This document shows, piece by piece, positions 21,301 through 33,355 of a stretch of DNA of 64,000 nucleotides. Made by a program: the position numbers and the translations under genes. Source of the stretch: Mayamaea pseudoterrestris (taxonomy: Eukaryota); NCBI GenBank assembly GCA_027923505.1, contig BROI01000010.1, forward strand, positions 558,001 through 622,000. The letters are read 5' to 3'. The notes beneath the pieces were generated by a model, which saw only the letters and a list, made by a program, of their open reading frames with translations, made no database searches and was not told where the DNA came from. How positions within the stretch are numbered: the first letter of the stretch is position 1; each line of letters starts with the position of its first letter.

Positions 21301-23881
21301 CCGTACTGGCTTAGTCCCCAACAGCGTGCGGAGACGACCTGATTCATCTGTGATTACGAGACCCACGAGATCATGACGCGATCGGTTTGCTTACCCGAAA
21401 TGACTGAATTTTGAACCGGCGTACCCCGGCACCTGCTTCCCCAGTCATGAAAGAAGAGCCGCGTCTATACCGATACCTGGTCTGGTGGCGAATCCTTATG
21501 CCAGGAAATGATCAAGAAGATTACCGGCGCCGACAGCAGAGACGTGGTCTTTCATTCCTGATGAAGACGATACCCCTTTGGTCGAGGCGGTGGAATACCG
21601 GAAGGCGGCGATATGACCGACGGGGGAGCTAGATCCTAATCCTGCAGCCGGCGACAAGCCGAAGAAGAAGGTTTGTCCAATCCGTGGCACAAACTTCCAG
21701 TATGCACCCGATGAACTTATCGGCAAGTCGTTTCTCATGAAAGGCGGACTGACGGGCAAAGTTAGGGCTCTAGGCGGAAACTGAACAAATGGCGCCCAGA
21801 ACCATCAAAACATTAAAATGATGCTGAAAACTGGCGGCGAAGCGGATGAAGTCATGTCCTATGTCGAGGTTTCCGATCTCCGAGGCGAAGTGAACCAAGA
21901 CATGGCGAATCCTGGCGTATAAATGGTTCTTCAAGGAGATTCTAGACCATCAGGGGTCGCTAGCAAGTCCGAAGAACTGACACTAAGTGGAACGTCCTTG
22001 TACAATGGGACGATGGATAAGACTTGAGGAGCCAACGAACGACAAAGTATCGTGGCAGCCTACGGCGCCAAAAAGCGTAATCTCGACAAGGACGGATGGG
22101 CATCGTTGAATCGATGGGCCGAACGCCAAGAAGGTTGCGCTGGGTGGCGACCGCCCGAATGGAGCAACAGAAAGAGCGGACGCCTACAAGTTTGAGTCCA
22201 AGTACGAGATTGGAAGAGCGCGGCGTTTGCAGGAAGCTGCAGGAGCACCGCGAAGTGGACGGATGCGGAAGAGGCGTGGAGCTTGCGAACCTGGACGAGT
22301 ACGAGACGTTTCAAGATCTCGGTCCGGGTTCCACCACAGCACACCCAGCGGTTGCAAAGATCCGAGTCCATTTTGTGTGCTGTCAAACACTTTTCAGAGC
22401 CGCACGCCTGGTACATGCCCGAAAGACAACAGCGATGCCTACTCAGTGTTATCTCATTGAAGGCAATGCGTCTAGCTCTGCCGTCATTGGAAAGCGAGCG
22501 GCAAAGAAGTGCATGGTCGGTGACATTGGAATGCTTATCTCGCGTTCACCAAGGGAGAAGGTATCCTTCGTTGGCCGAGTTCGGGCGCGAAGGACACATC
22601 CTGAAAGGTCATCGTCAAGGCTTTGTATGGATTGCGAGCGGCAGACACATTTAGCAGCTTAGCCCGGCGCCCTACTTGCGGAAGGGTGGAAGCGTCCTGT
22701 TGCAATTCGATCTAATATTAGGGTCAAGGGCGTAGCGACAGCTCACGACTACGTGTAAGATAAGCGTCTATTTGAATATTTCAGCTAGCAGCGTTCTTCA
22801 AGATGCTAGAGGAGAAGTACAGTTTAAGCTCAAGGTGTTGGACATGAGTATCATCTCGGCGGTGACTTTGGGCGGAGACCCTGACGGAACTCTTTACTGA
22901 ATTGGCCGAGACCTACGTTGAAACTCTTGCGCGAGGCTGAGGCGGTTGTTTGAAGGTCCTCGAAGAAGTATTCATCACCAATGGAGGCAAAGGCGATATA
23001 GTTGACCAAAACGAGCTACTGAGCAGACCAAGAGAGAAGAAAGATTTGCAGCTAGTCGGAGCACTTCAGTGGGCGATTACTTTGGGACGATTTGACATTG
23101 CCGTTGTGCAGTTGTGGTCTGTCGCGATTCCGTGTGGAGCCACTTGCGAGGAGACACCTGCAGCGGGTAGGCGAGTCTGTGGATATTTCGCGAAAGTTAC
23201 GGGCCAGCAGCAATCGTTTCCGTCAAGTGGCCAGCCAACGAAGACGCTGACACCATGGAGGAACAAGATTGGGAGCGCAGCGTTTGGGAAGAGACGAGGT
23301 TGATGAGGATGTTGGACGTCTACCCACCGCCAAAGGGGTGTGACTGTCACGAACATCAACTTTGATCGTGTCTCATGCATTGCATGGTGACAGGCAAGTC
23401 ATTATGGAAGGAGTTTTGTCATTTGTCAACCAGGCGCTGTCGACTGGCATTGCAAACTCCAGGCCACAGTCGAGACTGCGACCTCGGATCGGAATCGGCG
23501 TAGCAAGAGAGTGGAACGGATATCAGCATTTCTCACGTGCGTCGCTCATGGCTATGGGCGTACCATTGGAGAAGCTCTGCCTCGGATGTACGGAGACAAC
23601 CAAGCAGTGATTACACACAATCTGCTCGACCCGGGTTCGGCATTGTCCAAGCCGAACACAATGCGTTGGCCTACCATCGGGTCGTTGGGCAGTTGCTGCG
23701 GGGATTATCAAGTTTGTAAAGATTGACGGAAAGGGAGAACGCGGCCGATCGACGGATGTACCTGCCGTACTGTGATGCGATGCCATTGCTCAAGCCAGTA
23801 TTGTTTTGGCGCGGTGGCGATACATCGTATTGCTGTGAAGGACAAGAAATGCGGCTACGACCAGCAGCGTACCCGAGGGAG

Positions 23882-24287
23882 TATGTCGGAGCGGCGAAGT
23901 CAAGAGCCCGAACCCTAATTAGCTTGTGTCGAGTTCGCAGCTGTCGTATGTGACATGTGAATGAAGAAAGTGCGCAACCGTCGTGTGGGTATGCGTTGTA
24001 TGAATGGAACGGACCCAGTTACGACTGATGTAATGTGATTGAAAGAAACGGATTGATGGGATGATCTTTCGAGTGGTCGATGTAGCGATGTTGCGATAAG
24101 CTCACAATATGTAGAACTTACTAGTTTGCGCGACGAGAGTGCAGTCGTATTCGTGTAGTGGCGAGCGCCAGTGACTGTCTCGATGAGCCATCTCCATCAA
24201 GAGCTGTACAGACCTGTGGCCAAGGACCCTGTATCGGAGCTTTTTGGAGGTAAGACGTTGGATCAACTGAGTCGTACAACGGTGTTA
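23882..24287 (+). repeat. 3' LTR of copy 2
   Basis: Aligns with the other LTRs and ends CAACGGTGTTA. Its first bases are degraded. Confidence 0.85.
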
Positions 24288-24319
24288 GCGTCCGCCACGA
24301 CCACGTGGGCGGCCGGACT

Positions 24320-25760
24320 CATGTGTCAGCTCCAGAAGTCTTGCACCATTTGAGACTCTACTGTCAAGTGGTACTGGACATGTTTTGCCTGGACTCATTG
24401 GGTATTTGGGTGGCCAGGGCATGGGGCGTTGGACAGGTCAGAATCGACAACTTTGTGTTGGCTATACCCACAGTGGAGGCCATACCCATGGTTCCAGCCT
24501 CTAGGCAGTCCTTTTTGCACCATTTGAGACTCTGCACCTGTTAATGGCATCCCCTGGACATGTTTTGCCTGACTCATTGGGTATTTGGGTGGCCAGGGCA
24601 TGGGGCGTCTGACAGGGATGAATCTGCAACTTGTGGTGTGTTGGCCATACCACAGTGGAGGCCGTACCCATGGTGTCAGCCTCCAGGCAGTCCTTTTATT
24701 GCACCATTTGAGACTATGCACCTGTCAATGGCATACCCTGGACATGTTTTGCCTGACTCATTGGGCATTTGGGTGGGCCAATGGGGCGTTTGACAGGAAG
24801 AATCTGCAACTTGTGGTGTTGGCCAACCCACAGTGGAGGCCGTTCCCCATGGTGTCAGCCTCCAGGCAAAGTCCTTTTGCACCATTTGAGACTCTGCACC
24901 TGTCAATGGCATACCCTGGACATGTTTTTCCTGACTCATTGGGTATTTGGGTGAGGGATGGGGCGTTTGACAGGGAAGAATCTGCAACTTGTGGTGTTGG
25001 CTATACCGCGTGTAGGTCAGACCATGGTGTCAGCCTCCAGGGCAGTCCTTGCACCATTTGACTCTGCACTGTCAATGGCATACCCTGACATGATTTGCCT
25101 GACTCATTGGCCCGGTAGGGGCCAGGGCATGGGGCGTTTGACGGGAAGAATCTGCAACTTGTGGTGTTGGCCATACCCAGTGGAGAGAGGCGTATCTACG
25201 ATCACCAGGCATTTGCACCAAGTCAATACCCTGGACATGTTTTGCCTGACTCATTGGGTAATTGGGTGGCCAGGGCATGGGGTGTTTGACAGGGAAGAAT
25301 CTGCAACTTGCAGTGTTGGCCATACCCACAGTGGAGGCCGTACCCATGGTGTCAGCCTCCAGGCAGTCCCATTTGCACTTTTTGAGACTCTGCAACTGTC
25401 AATGGCATACCCTGGACATGTTTTGCCTGACTCATTGGGTATTTGGGTGGCCAGGGCATGGGGCGTTTGACAGGGAAGAATCTGCAACTTGTAGGTTTTC
25501 TGGCCATGCCCACAGTGGAGGCCGTACCCATGTTGTCCAACCTCCTCTGTTCAATGGCATCCCTTGGCATGTTTTGCCCTGACTCATCGGGTATTTAAGT
25601 GGCCAGGGCATGGGGCGTTTGACAGGGAAGAATCTGCAACTTGTGGTGGTTGGCCATACCCCCCAGTGGAGGCCCGTGCACCATGATGTCTTCCCAGGCA
25701 GTCCTTTTTGCACCATTTGAGACTGTGCACCTGTCACTGGCATCCCCTGAACATGTTTCT
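24320..25760. repeat. ~180-bp tandem array, about 8 units, CpG-depleted
   Basis: GCACCATTTGAGACT...CCCTGGACATGTTTTGCCTGACTCATTGGG recurs near 24343, 24517, 24701, 24879, 25051, 25215, 25375 and 25710. Confidence 0.92.
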
Positions 25761-26670
25761 GCCCGATCGACTGGAGAGTCGTGACGATGCTATGAGCGTC
25801 ATACGTTGCATCGTCGGCCAGATTCATCATTGCCGACAAGCCCATCTTGAGGAAGTTGCTCCGTGTACTTGGAGCCATCTTTGCAGTTTATGGAACGCTT
25901 GCAAGTCGATCCGATCGCAGACCCCTTTACTTTAAGGTGCTTCTGCTTTATGCTGCCTCGAGAGTTGCTGCTCTCGTCGACTGCGAAGAAGTTTTGAGGG
26001 AAGGAAGGTGATGCCTTGCGTCCAAAGCTTCACTTTGCAGGGTACAACCAAGACTGTTGATCTGTCACACGGCCTCTTTGCAAGATGCTCGACAGTGGTC
26101 TTCAATCCTCTGTACAATCCTTAAGCAGACCAGAGATGTGCACTTCTCCTTTACTGCTCTCGTATTGCAAGAGGCACAATCTACAACGTCGGTAAAACAA
26201 CGTGATACTATAGAAAGTGAGTTACCCGCTACAGTCTGCTAATCCTGTAGCGTCCGCTAATTTTGTATGTAACTGTCCATGTGCTCCCGTTGAATAGATC
26301 CAACAGGCGATCGTCCTTAATTAACAGGCGATTCACACACGAGCCAGGTATTGATGTATAGCTCATGTCGCATGCGACAAGAGCATTCGAGTATTCAATC
26401 ATGTAATCGGCTGACAGCCTTCTGACAGATTATCTACGTAGCCCACCACAATTGTGGCATAGCCTACCGGCAGTTTTCTTTTATTCGAGATAGCGTTGAT
26501 CGTTGCGGACATCATGGTCCTAGAGTTGTTTGGGACCAGCTGGAGGATCGAATCACATCTCATTCAAACCGATTATCTTGACTTTGGCACTTTATTTGGA
26601 CTAAAGATGCACAAAAGCACAAAGACGAGACAACTACAACATACGATAAAATTAGTGGTTTACTGTCTTA

Positions 26671-28243
26671 TTACTCAAGCAATTTCAGGTAATCACCTTT
26701 GGCTTCTGCTTCTCGAAGACGGTATCCCAAAACCAGCTGCCACAGCGCAAGCTGATGTAATGCCGCTCCTGGTAGTTCCAATTCCATTTCCTCCTTCCGT
26801 ACATCTTTCGGAATCTTACCACTGTCCCCTCCTTCAAGAACAAAGTCAATTAACTTTTTCATTGTCTCGACTATTTCAGGGCTAATGCCGTCGGTCAACG
26901 CTTTTAAATCCCCTTGACGACTCGCAATGTAACTGGCAATCCCGCCAAACTCATCCATTGACACCGAAACAGAATTGCTCGTAGCTCCTTTGGGTCCCGA
27001 TGTTCCAAGTTTTTCTTGCCGAAGGGCCGCCTTAAGTGCTTTCGCCTCCTGTTTCAAACTTTGTATGTAATCTGCCGCTTCAACTTTGACCACCTCTCCA
27101 TCATCGAGTTCAATTTCCAACTCTCCTACAATAGTCGGTTCCATGTTATAGTGGTCTTTCTCGTCGTCATCGTCATCGTGGCCAGCTAGCATCTTGAGCC
27201 GGGCATTAGCCTTGTTAGCTTTTGCAAGTGCGCTTCCTAGTCCGCGTTCAAACTCGTCCCATGAGATTCTACCGTCCTTGTTTGTATCAAAGAATTTAAT
27301 GAAAGAATCAACTTCAAACGCTGGCGTCTTGCCTTCGTACACCTCATCGAGCAAGTCTTCCACTTCTGTAGCGTCGATATATCCAGAGCCATCGGTGTCT
27401 AAATCTTCAAACGCATTTCGATAGTCGTCCAAAGTGGCCGATGGCTGAATATCCATAAGCTCCTTTAACGCCATGACGTACTGCGCTTTCAAATCAGTAT
27501 GAGATATTGGTCATTTGCCAGTCCAACAAATCTAACATGCACAACTCGTTACCTACCTCTGCGTTGCGGAACATGTAGCCAGTCATTTGCAGTTGAAAGC
27601 AAAGTGAACTAATTTTTTCACCCGATGCCTTAACAACAACTTCTGACCCATTCATCGGCTGCCATAATCCCCCCAGCAAGCTACTGACAGCTCCCGACAT
27701 GGCTTGAATGACGGCTGGTTTCGTTGACGCAATAAATTGGCCAATTTGTTGATTGGGCGTCTGCGAGCTCATGACGCGAAAGAGTGCGTGTGATGGATCC
27801 TGCGACTTGCCTGTCTCAATGTCGCCAATGCGTTTATCAAGCTGACCGAGCGCGCCACCCCAGTCCAAGCCTGTTGTAATAGCACTGTCGTCGCTACGTA
27901 TGATGCTTTTACGTGAAGGTTCTTCGTCGGACGGAATGAATTCCGTGGCAGCCGTCTCGAGGTAGGGATCGACTTGTTCTTCGACACCGTCGTCATCTTC
28001 ATCGTCGTCGTCGTCATCATCATCATCATCATCCTTTACAATTATAATGTTTGTAGCAAGCAAAGTCGAACGCAGCCACTTCCTCCTTTGTGGCCGGAAT
28101 CGTAGCGATGATGTGGCCGACAACAAATTGTTTCTTAAAGAAGGGCCCATTGACGGCGAAACAACGAAGGCATTGGCGATCGACGAGATTGCTGACGCCA
28201 CGACAAGCACGTTCAGAAGGTGTAAAATGTAACTTTGTTTCAT
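26671..28243 (-). CDS. Plastid-targeted DUF760-family protein with an EF-hand pair; intron 27481-27556
   Basis: Signal peptide ...SIANA-FVVSP. DUF760-like LCFQLQMTGYMFRNAE|Y and LALWQLVLGYRLREAE flank EF loops DTDGSGYIDATE and DTNKDGRISWDE. A GT-AG intron restores the frame. Confidence 0.82.
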
Positions 28244-28503
28244 CTTTATACTCCAGTAGTCTCTAATCGTATTGTAAAATGAAAGAGGCAGGTCGACGAA
28301 TGCATGACAGGAACAGGTGGAACGAGTCGATTATGTGTGATGGCGTGGACGAAAACGTGATGTTGTAGTATTCATTGTTGCTATAGGTTGAAGAGTACAC
28401 TGACGTAGGTCATGGGAATGACTTCACGCTCGTCTCATCGCTTCATCTCGCTCGCTCCTTTGGATGATTTTATGTTGTGTCAAGATCCGAACAAACTTAC
28501 ATT

Positions 28504-29703
28504 ATGGCGGCAAGTAATCCTCAAGATCATGAGCTAGTGGTGGCAACGAATGGTGGTCCGTTTGCGCTAGAGGAATCGGCGATTGACGCCTTCGTTGAAG
28601 GGTCGTTCCAACGAGCATTGAAGCTCGCGAACGAGTCTCTCGAGCACCTCGCCACGACCAGCCCACAGCAATCATCATGGGACAATGATCATGCCGAATG
28701 CATTGTTCTGCAAACATGCTTGAAGCTCAATGACTCTACGAATTATCGATTCATGCTGCAGCGAAAGTCACTGGGACCTGATCCCATTGATCGCCTTGCT
28801 GCCGTCATTTTGCAGAGTTGGTACGAAATATCCAAGCAGGCCTCGTCGGATCTGGATCTTCGACAAGGGCAGGCCCACCTTGAAACATTTTTTAAAACTT
28901 ACTCGAGTCGCCCGTGCTCTCTGGAGCTCATGCTCGTCTTGATTCAGTTTCTTCGAGCGACGGATCGTTCGCACGAAGCGATTGAGTTGGCGTCGGAAAC
29001 ACTCTTTCATGTCTTTGCCGAGCACAATGAAAGCATGTTCTTCTTTCTCAAAGAAGAGCTACGTGAGGTTGTTCGCGAGTTGCTTGTCTTTTTGTTTCAG
29101 AATATGCCGTATTCGATTCATGAGACAATGATCGAAAATGGACTACGACGGTTCTCGCAACCAACGTGGAAAGCCTTTGGCACTGGCATCAACGAACAGT
29201 GGACTTTGTCGACTGTCACGGCTCCTTCATCACCAACCATTTCTGCTTGCATTTCGTTTCTCGATAATCCACCACTACATTGGCCTGACGAATGCAAAGA
29301 TTTGATGGAAGATTGTCGCGGATCATTGGAGGAGATGCAGCGTTTGGACCTTCAGCAGTCCGAATCGCTTTCCAGTAGCAGCAGCGACAGTGCGGAGAGC
29401 CACCAATTATCAATGCCAATGAAGGGTTCCCGGGAAGCGTCTGGTGCGTATGCTATTCTTCCAACACTTGGTTTCGATGGCAGTTTGAGACAATGGTTGA
29501 GGCATGCTGTCCATGTGGTTCGGGTGATGCTTGTCGATCCAGTCATGGTGAGCGAGCAGCGCTTGTTGAACCGCACAAAAGTTGCCCTCTCAATATGGAC
29601 ATTGTACGTGGCCTGGAGAAGGCGACGTCGCGTGAAGCTTGTGTTGTCAGAGGCAGTGTGGAAGCCCATGCAAGAAATCCTGGACGCGGTTGTGCCAAAG
29701 TGA
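28504..29703 (+). CDS. Hypothetical helical protein with C-terminal hydrophobic anchor and basic tail (possible Pex26/APEM9-like)
   Basis: ~400-aa ORF ending VALSIWTLYVAWRRRRRV. The N-terminal helical pattern is reminiscent of Pex26/APEM9. Confidence 0.6.
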   Translation: MAASNPQDHELVVATNGGPFALEESAIDAFVEGSFQRALKLANESLEHLATTSPQQSSWDNDHAECIVLQTCLKLNDSTNYRFMLQRKSLGPDPIDRLAAVILQSWYEISKQASSDLDLRQGQAHLETFFKTYSSRPCSLELMLVLIQFLRATDRSHEAIELASETLFHVFAEHNESMFFFLKEELREVVRELLVFLFQNMPYSIHETMIENGLRRFSQPTWKAFGTGINEQWTLSTVTAPSSPTISACISFLDNPPLHWPDECKDLMEDCRGSLEEMQRLDLQQSESLSSSSSDSAESHQLSMPMKGSREASGAYAILPTLGFDGSLRQWLRHAVHVVRVMLVDPVMVSEQRLLNRTKVALSIWTLYVAWRRRRRVKLVLSEAVWKPMQEILDAVVPK

Positions 29704-29838
29704 TTGTTGATGGCAGTGCTTAAATACGTTAAAGACAACGAATTTCTATAATAGTTATAGCGTGCGGCAACACTGTATCTCCTATTAGTTGATTTGGTGA
29801 ATACTATATTATAGAATTGCTTCGTTCACTCCTCTGCC

Positions 29839-30117
29839 TCAGCTAGGTGCTGCGGCTACTGCCACCTTTCTCGCAGCATTCTTAAGATCAATACGATGGA
29901 GCCAGGCAATGTACTGGCACTCCTCGTATATGTGACGTTGATGAGTGCATTGGCCAGGATTAAAGGCTTTTTCGCGGCGACACGCATTAAGATCGACAAG
30001 CAAGTGTCCGCAGTTGTCTCGAAAGGCCAGCGGAATCTTATTGTCCTTCAATTGCTGAAGGTCTTGGTCGTTTTTGGGCATGGCTTCTGGAGAATGGTGG
30101 TGGTGGCCGCCTCCCAT
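29839..30117 (-). CDS. NDUFB7: NADH:ubiquinone oxidoreductase subunit B7 (B18)
   Basis: KIPLAFRDNCGHLLVDLNACRR...CTHQRHIYEECQY, a twin CX9C pattern. Confidence 0.92.
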   Translation of the reverse strand: MGGGHHHHSPEAMPKNDQDLQQLKDNKIPLAFRDNCGHLLVDLNACRREKAFNPGQCTHQRHIYEECQYIAWLHRIDLKNAARKVAVAAAPS

Positions 30118-30481
30118 ATTCACGTCTTGATAGAGAGGAATAAAAGTGTTGCTAACAGCTTGATGGAAGCGCAAGATCAACTCGCGGATTGCTACTGGTA
30201 GTGGTCATCGTGTGAACTGCGGCGCGGCGGATGGAATTGGAATGACGTCTGTATGTCAAGCGGCACTAAAAAGTCATGGAGCGACATATGCCCTTTTTGC
30301 ACCTCTCGATGGTCGGCACCGCCCCGAACGCAACGCTCGGCTCGCAGACAATGCATGGCCAATCGACAGCTGCGAACGTCAGTCTAATATCGTAGATTAC
30401 TGCATTGCGAAGCTGCGCCGACAGATATCCTTCAGTCTTGCTTGGCAGGTCTGTTTATCTAGCTTTGGACTGAACAGCATC

Positions 30482-33029
30482 ATGACTACCGGTAGCTACC
30501 CTCCCAATCAACCTGGAATGCCTCCGCAACAACAACAGCCACAACCAGGAGGGCCTCCAGGAGGAGCATCTGGCGTTCCAGGAAGCTACTTTACGGAATC
30601 GCGCAAGGGAGAAATTAACGAGCTGCGCAATTTACTGAGAGGTTTCGCCGTGGAGCGAGATCCGCAGCGCAAGCGAGATATTATCAAAAAGGTCATTGCT
30701 TACATGACTCTGGGAATCGATGTCTCACGACTCTTTACGGAAATGATGCTGGCTATTGAAACGAGGTAAGTCAAAAGGAAAGGATAAAATGTAGTAAGAC
30801 ATTGCGTGCGTTGACTCGACTTATTCGCTTTTTAACATCTTTATCGTTTTTCATTGCAACAGAGACTTGGTTATAAAAAAGATGATTTATCTCTATTTAA
30901 CAAACTACGCACATTCGCATCCGGAGCTGGCGCAAATGTGCACCAATACTTTGCAGAAAGATTGCGGTAATGAGGATCCAATGGTTCGCGGACTTGCGCT
31001 TCGAGCCTTGTGCGGTTTGAATCTACCACAAATGGTAGAATACATTGCTGAACCGCTTCGGCGAGCCTTGTCAGACGGGCATGCCTACGTTCGCAAGACG
31101 GGCGTCATGGGGACACTGAAGCTTTATGATCTTGATCCGGAGGCGTTTGAAGTTGGGGGCTTTGTGGATATTCTATACGACATGCTTCGCGATCCAGATG
31201 CCAGCGTCGTTTGCAACTGCATCATTGTACTAAACGAAGTCATGCAAAATTCACCCAACGGAGGTATGGCGATCAATCGCGCCATTATGCTTCACTTGCT
31301 TAACCGTATTCACGAATTCAACGAGTTTGCCAAGGTGCAAGTGCTGGAGTTGGTTCCTCGCTACATCCCTGCAAATGACGAAGAAGGTTTTCAGATCATG
31401 AACCTATTGGATCCAGTTTTGCGTACTTCGGGCAGCGGAGCCGTCATGGCAACCATGGGTGCTTTTCTCAGCCTGGCAGAACAATTGGGCGACGACTCGG
31501 ACGAAATGAAGCGACAAATTGTTGCCCGGGTCAAGGCTCCGATTGTCACTCAAATTTCTTCCGGGGCGTCAGAAATGATGTACACCCTGTTGAAGCATGT
31601 GGAAGCCTTGGTGGACATGTGTCCTGGCATCTTTGACGACGAGTATCGACAGTTTTACGTTCGATTTAATGAGCCGACGCATGTCAAGTATCTCAAAATC
31701 AATATTTTGTCCAAGCTTGCCAACAATGAAACCGCCCCTGACATTGTCGCTGAGCTTGCCGAGTGTGTCGCAGAACCAAACGTCAAGATGAGCCGCCTTG
31801 CTGTCCGTAGCATGGCTCGCATTGCCTGCAATGCGCAAGAGATTCCTGGTGCGACCGAATCAATCGCGCGACGACTTGTTGAAATGTTGGACCTTAATGT
31901 GGACCATATTTGCAGCGAAGCGGCGTCTGCTCTGGCGTCTATTGTGCGAAAGCATCCATCCGCCAAGGAGCTGGTGGCGCCCCCACTTGTTCGTAGTCTC
32001 AAGTACGTCAAAGAGCCTTCTGGCAAGGCAAGCATCATCTTTTTGATTGGAGAGTGTGGCGAAACGATTCTTGAAGCGCCATATGCTTTGGAAAATCTTA
32101 TTGATACGTATGCATCCATTGGAGACGCAGCTGTCAAGCTTGCTCTGCTCAGCAGCACGATGAAGTTGTTTTTCATGCGTCCTCCGGAAGTGCAGAGAAT
32201 GCTTGGTCGGCTTTTGGCGAACGCGACAGATGATGTCTCGTCCCAGGATCTTCACGATCGCGCCCTCCTTTACTATCGACTTCTCAAGACAGGGACAGAT
32301 CCGTCGACTACGAAGAGAGTGGTCAGCTGTCATACCGTGATTTCGAGCACTGCAGTTTTTTCGGAAGACGATGACGTTGGACTGCGAGGTGAATTAATGA
32401 AAGAATTTAATACACTTTCAATCATCTATGGCAAACCCTCTTTGAACTTTATTGCGCCCGCTTACCAAGTGCGGCACAAGAAGCAGCCGGATGATCATCC
32501 GCTGGCTTTTGGAACGGATCAATCATCAGCGGAAAGCTTTGAGATGGATCATCACTCGTCGCGTTTACAACGTTCGACCGCCATGGTTAGCAGCGATGTG
32601 GATTTGCTGGGCTTTGGAGGATCGCCTGGCCCAAGTCCTACGGCGGTGGCTCCGGCACCGATTTTGCCAAGCGTATCGTTAATTCCCTTGGCCACCATGA
32701 CTGGAGATATTTATCAAAACACATGGGGTTCTATCAATGATAATGATGCGACAGTTTCCGCTGTGCCATTGACACGATTACCTCGCAACACTGACGAGAT
32801 GGAAGCCAAGTTGGCAGCGCAACATATCATGACCATGGCGAGTGGTGAACTACCAAACGAGTACAAATTCTACCTGTATGCGCAAGACGCAACAACTGGC
32901 AATCTTTTTCTTGTGCAAGCCAATGTTGAAAAGACTGTGGATCCTTTGCTTATATTGACGCTCAAGTCGGATGCGTCGGAGGAGGCGAAGAATGCCGTGA
33001 TTGAACTTATAACTGCGGCCGTGGCTTAA
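30482..33029 (+). CDS. AP4B1: Adaptor protein complex beta subunit, AP-4 beta-like; intron 30766-30862
   Basis: KKVIAYMTLGIDVSRLF, DPMVRGLALRAL, QDLHDRALLYYRLL, EFNTLSIIYGKP, hinge DLLGF and a short ear domain. Confidence 0.85.
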
Positions 33030-33355
33030 CATGTTAAACGTAAACTATGTGTAACTACCCTGCTTCTCTACCGGTAGTGTAGATATACAGTACTCTTGTA
33101 TATCAAACTGATAACTATCAGGCATTGCAGCTTTATGGAAGTAGTCTGTAGTGCGACCTTCTACCGTAGAATCTGTCTGCAGCCATCACCACGGGCAGAC
33201 GCACGGGAATCTGGAATCTCGAGGAAGACTTTTGGCCACCAAGTAGTAGTGAACTCGCACCTTGCGATCGCAACATCGCAATACAAGCAAGACCTGTTCT
33301 CTCCACCCTCTACGAGTAAGGACTCTCCACACACTACTAGGATTGGCCGTTTGTC

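Larger units (their letters stand above)
17970..24287 (+). mobile_element. Ty1/copia LTR retrotransposon copy 2 (same family, pervasive small indels)
   Basis: Colinear with copy 1 (MATIDITTYKRAVGKVFDIPWLA start at 18460). Flanked by GCCTC (17965-17969) and GCGTC (24288-24292), a near-perfect 5-bp TSD. Confidence 0.92.

Noticed and set aside
18460..23953. Many short ORFs as independent genes
   Set aside because: All are frameshifted pieces or antisense shadows of the copy-2 gag-pol.
24320..25760. Centromeric satellite call
   Set aside because: Only ~1.4 kb and not AT-rich. Unit length alone is not evidence, and CENH3 data would be needed.
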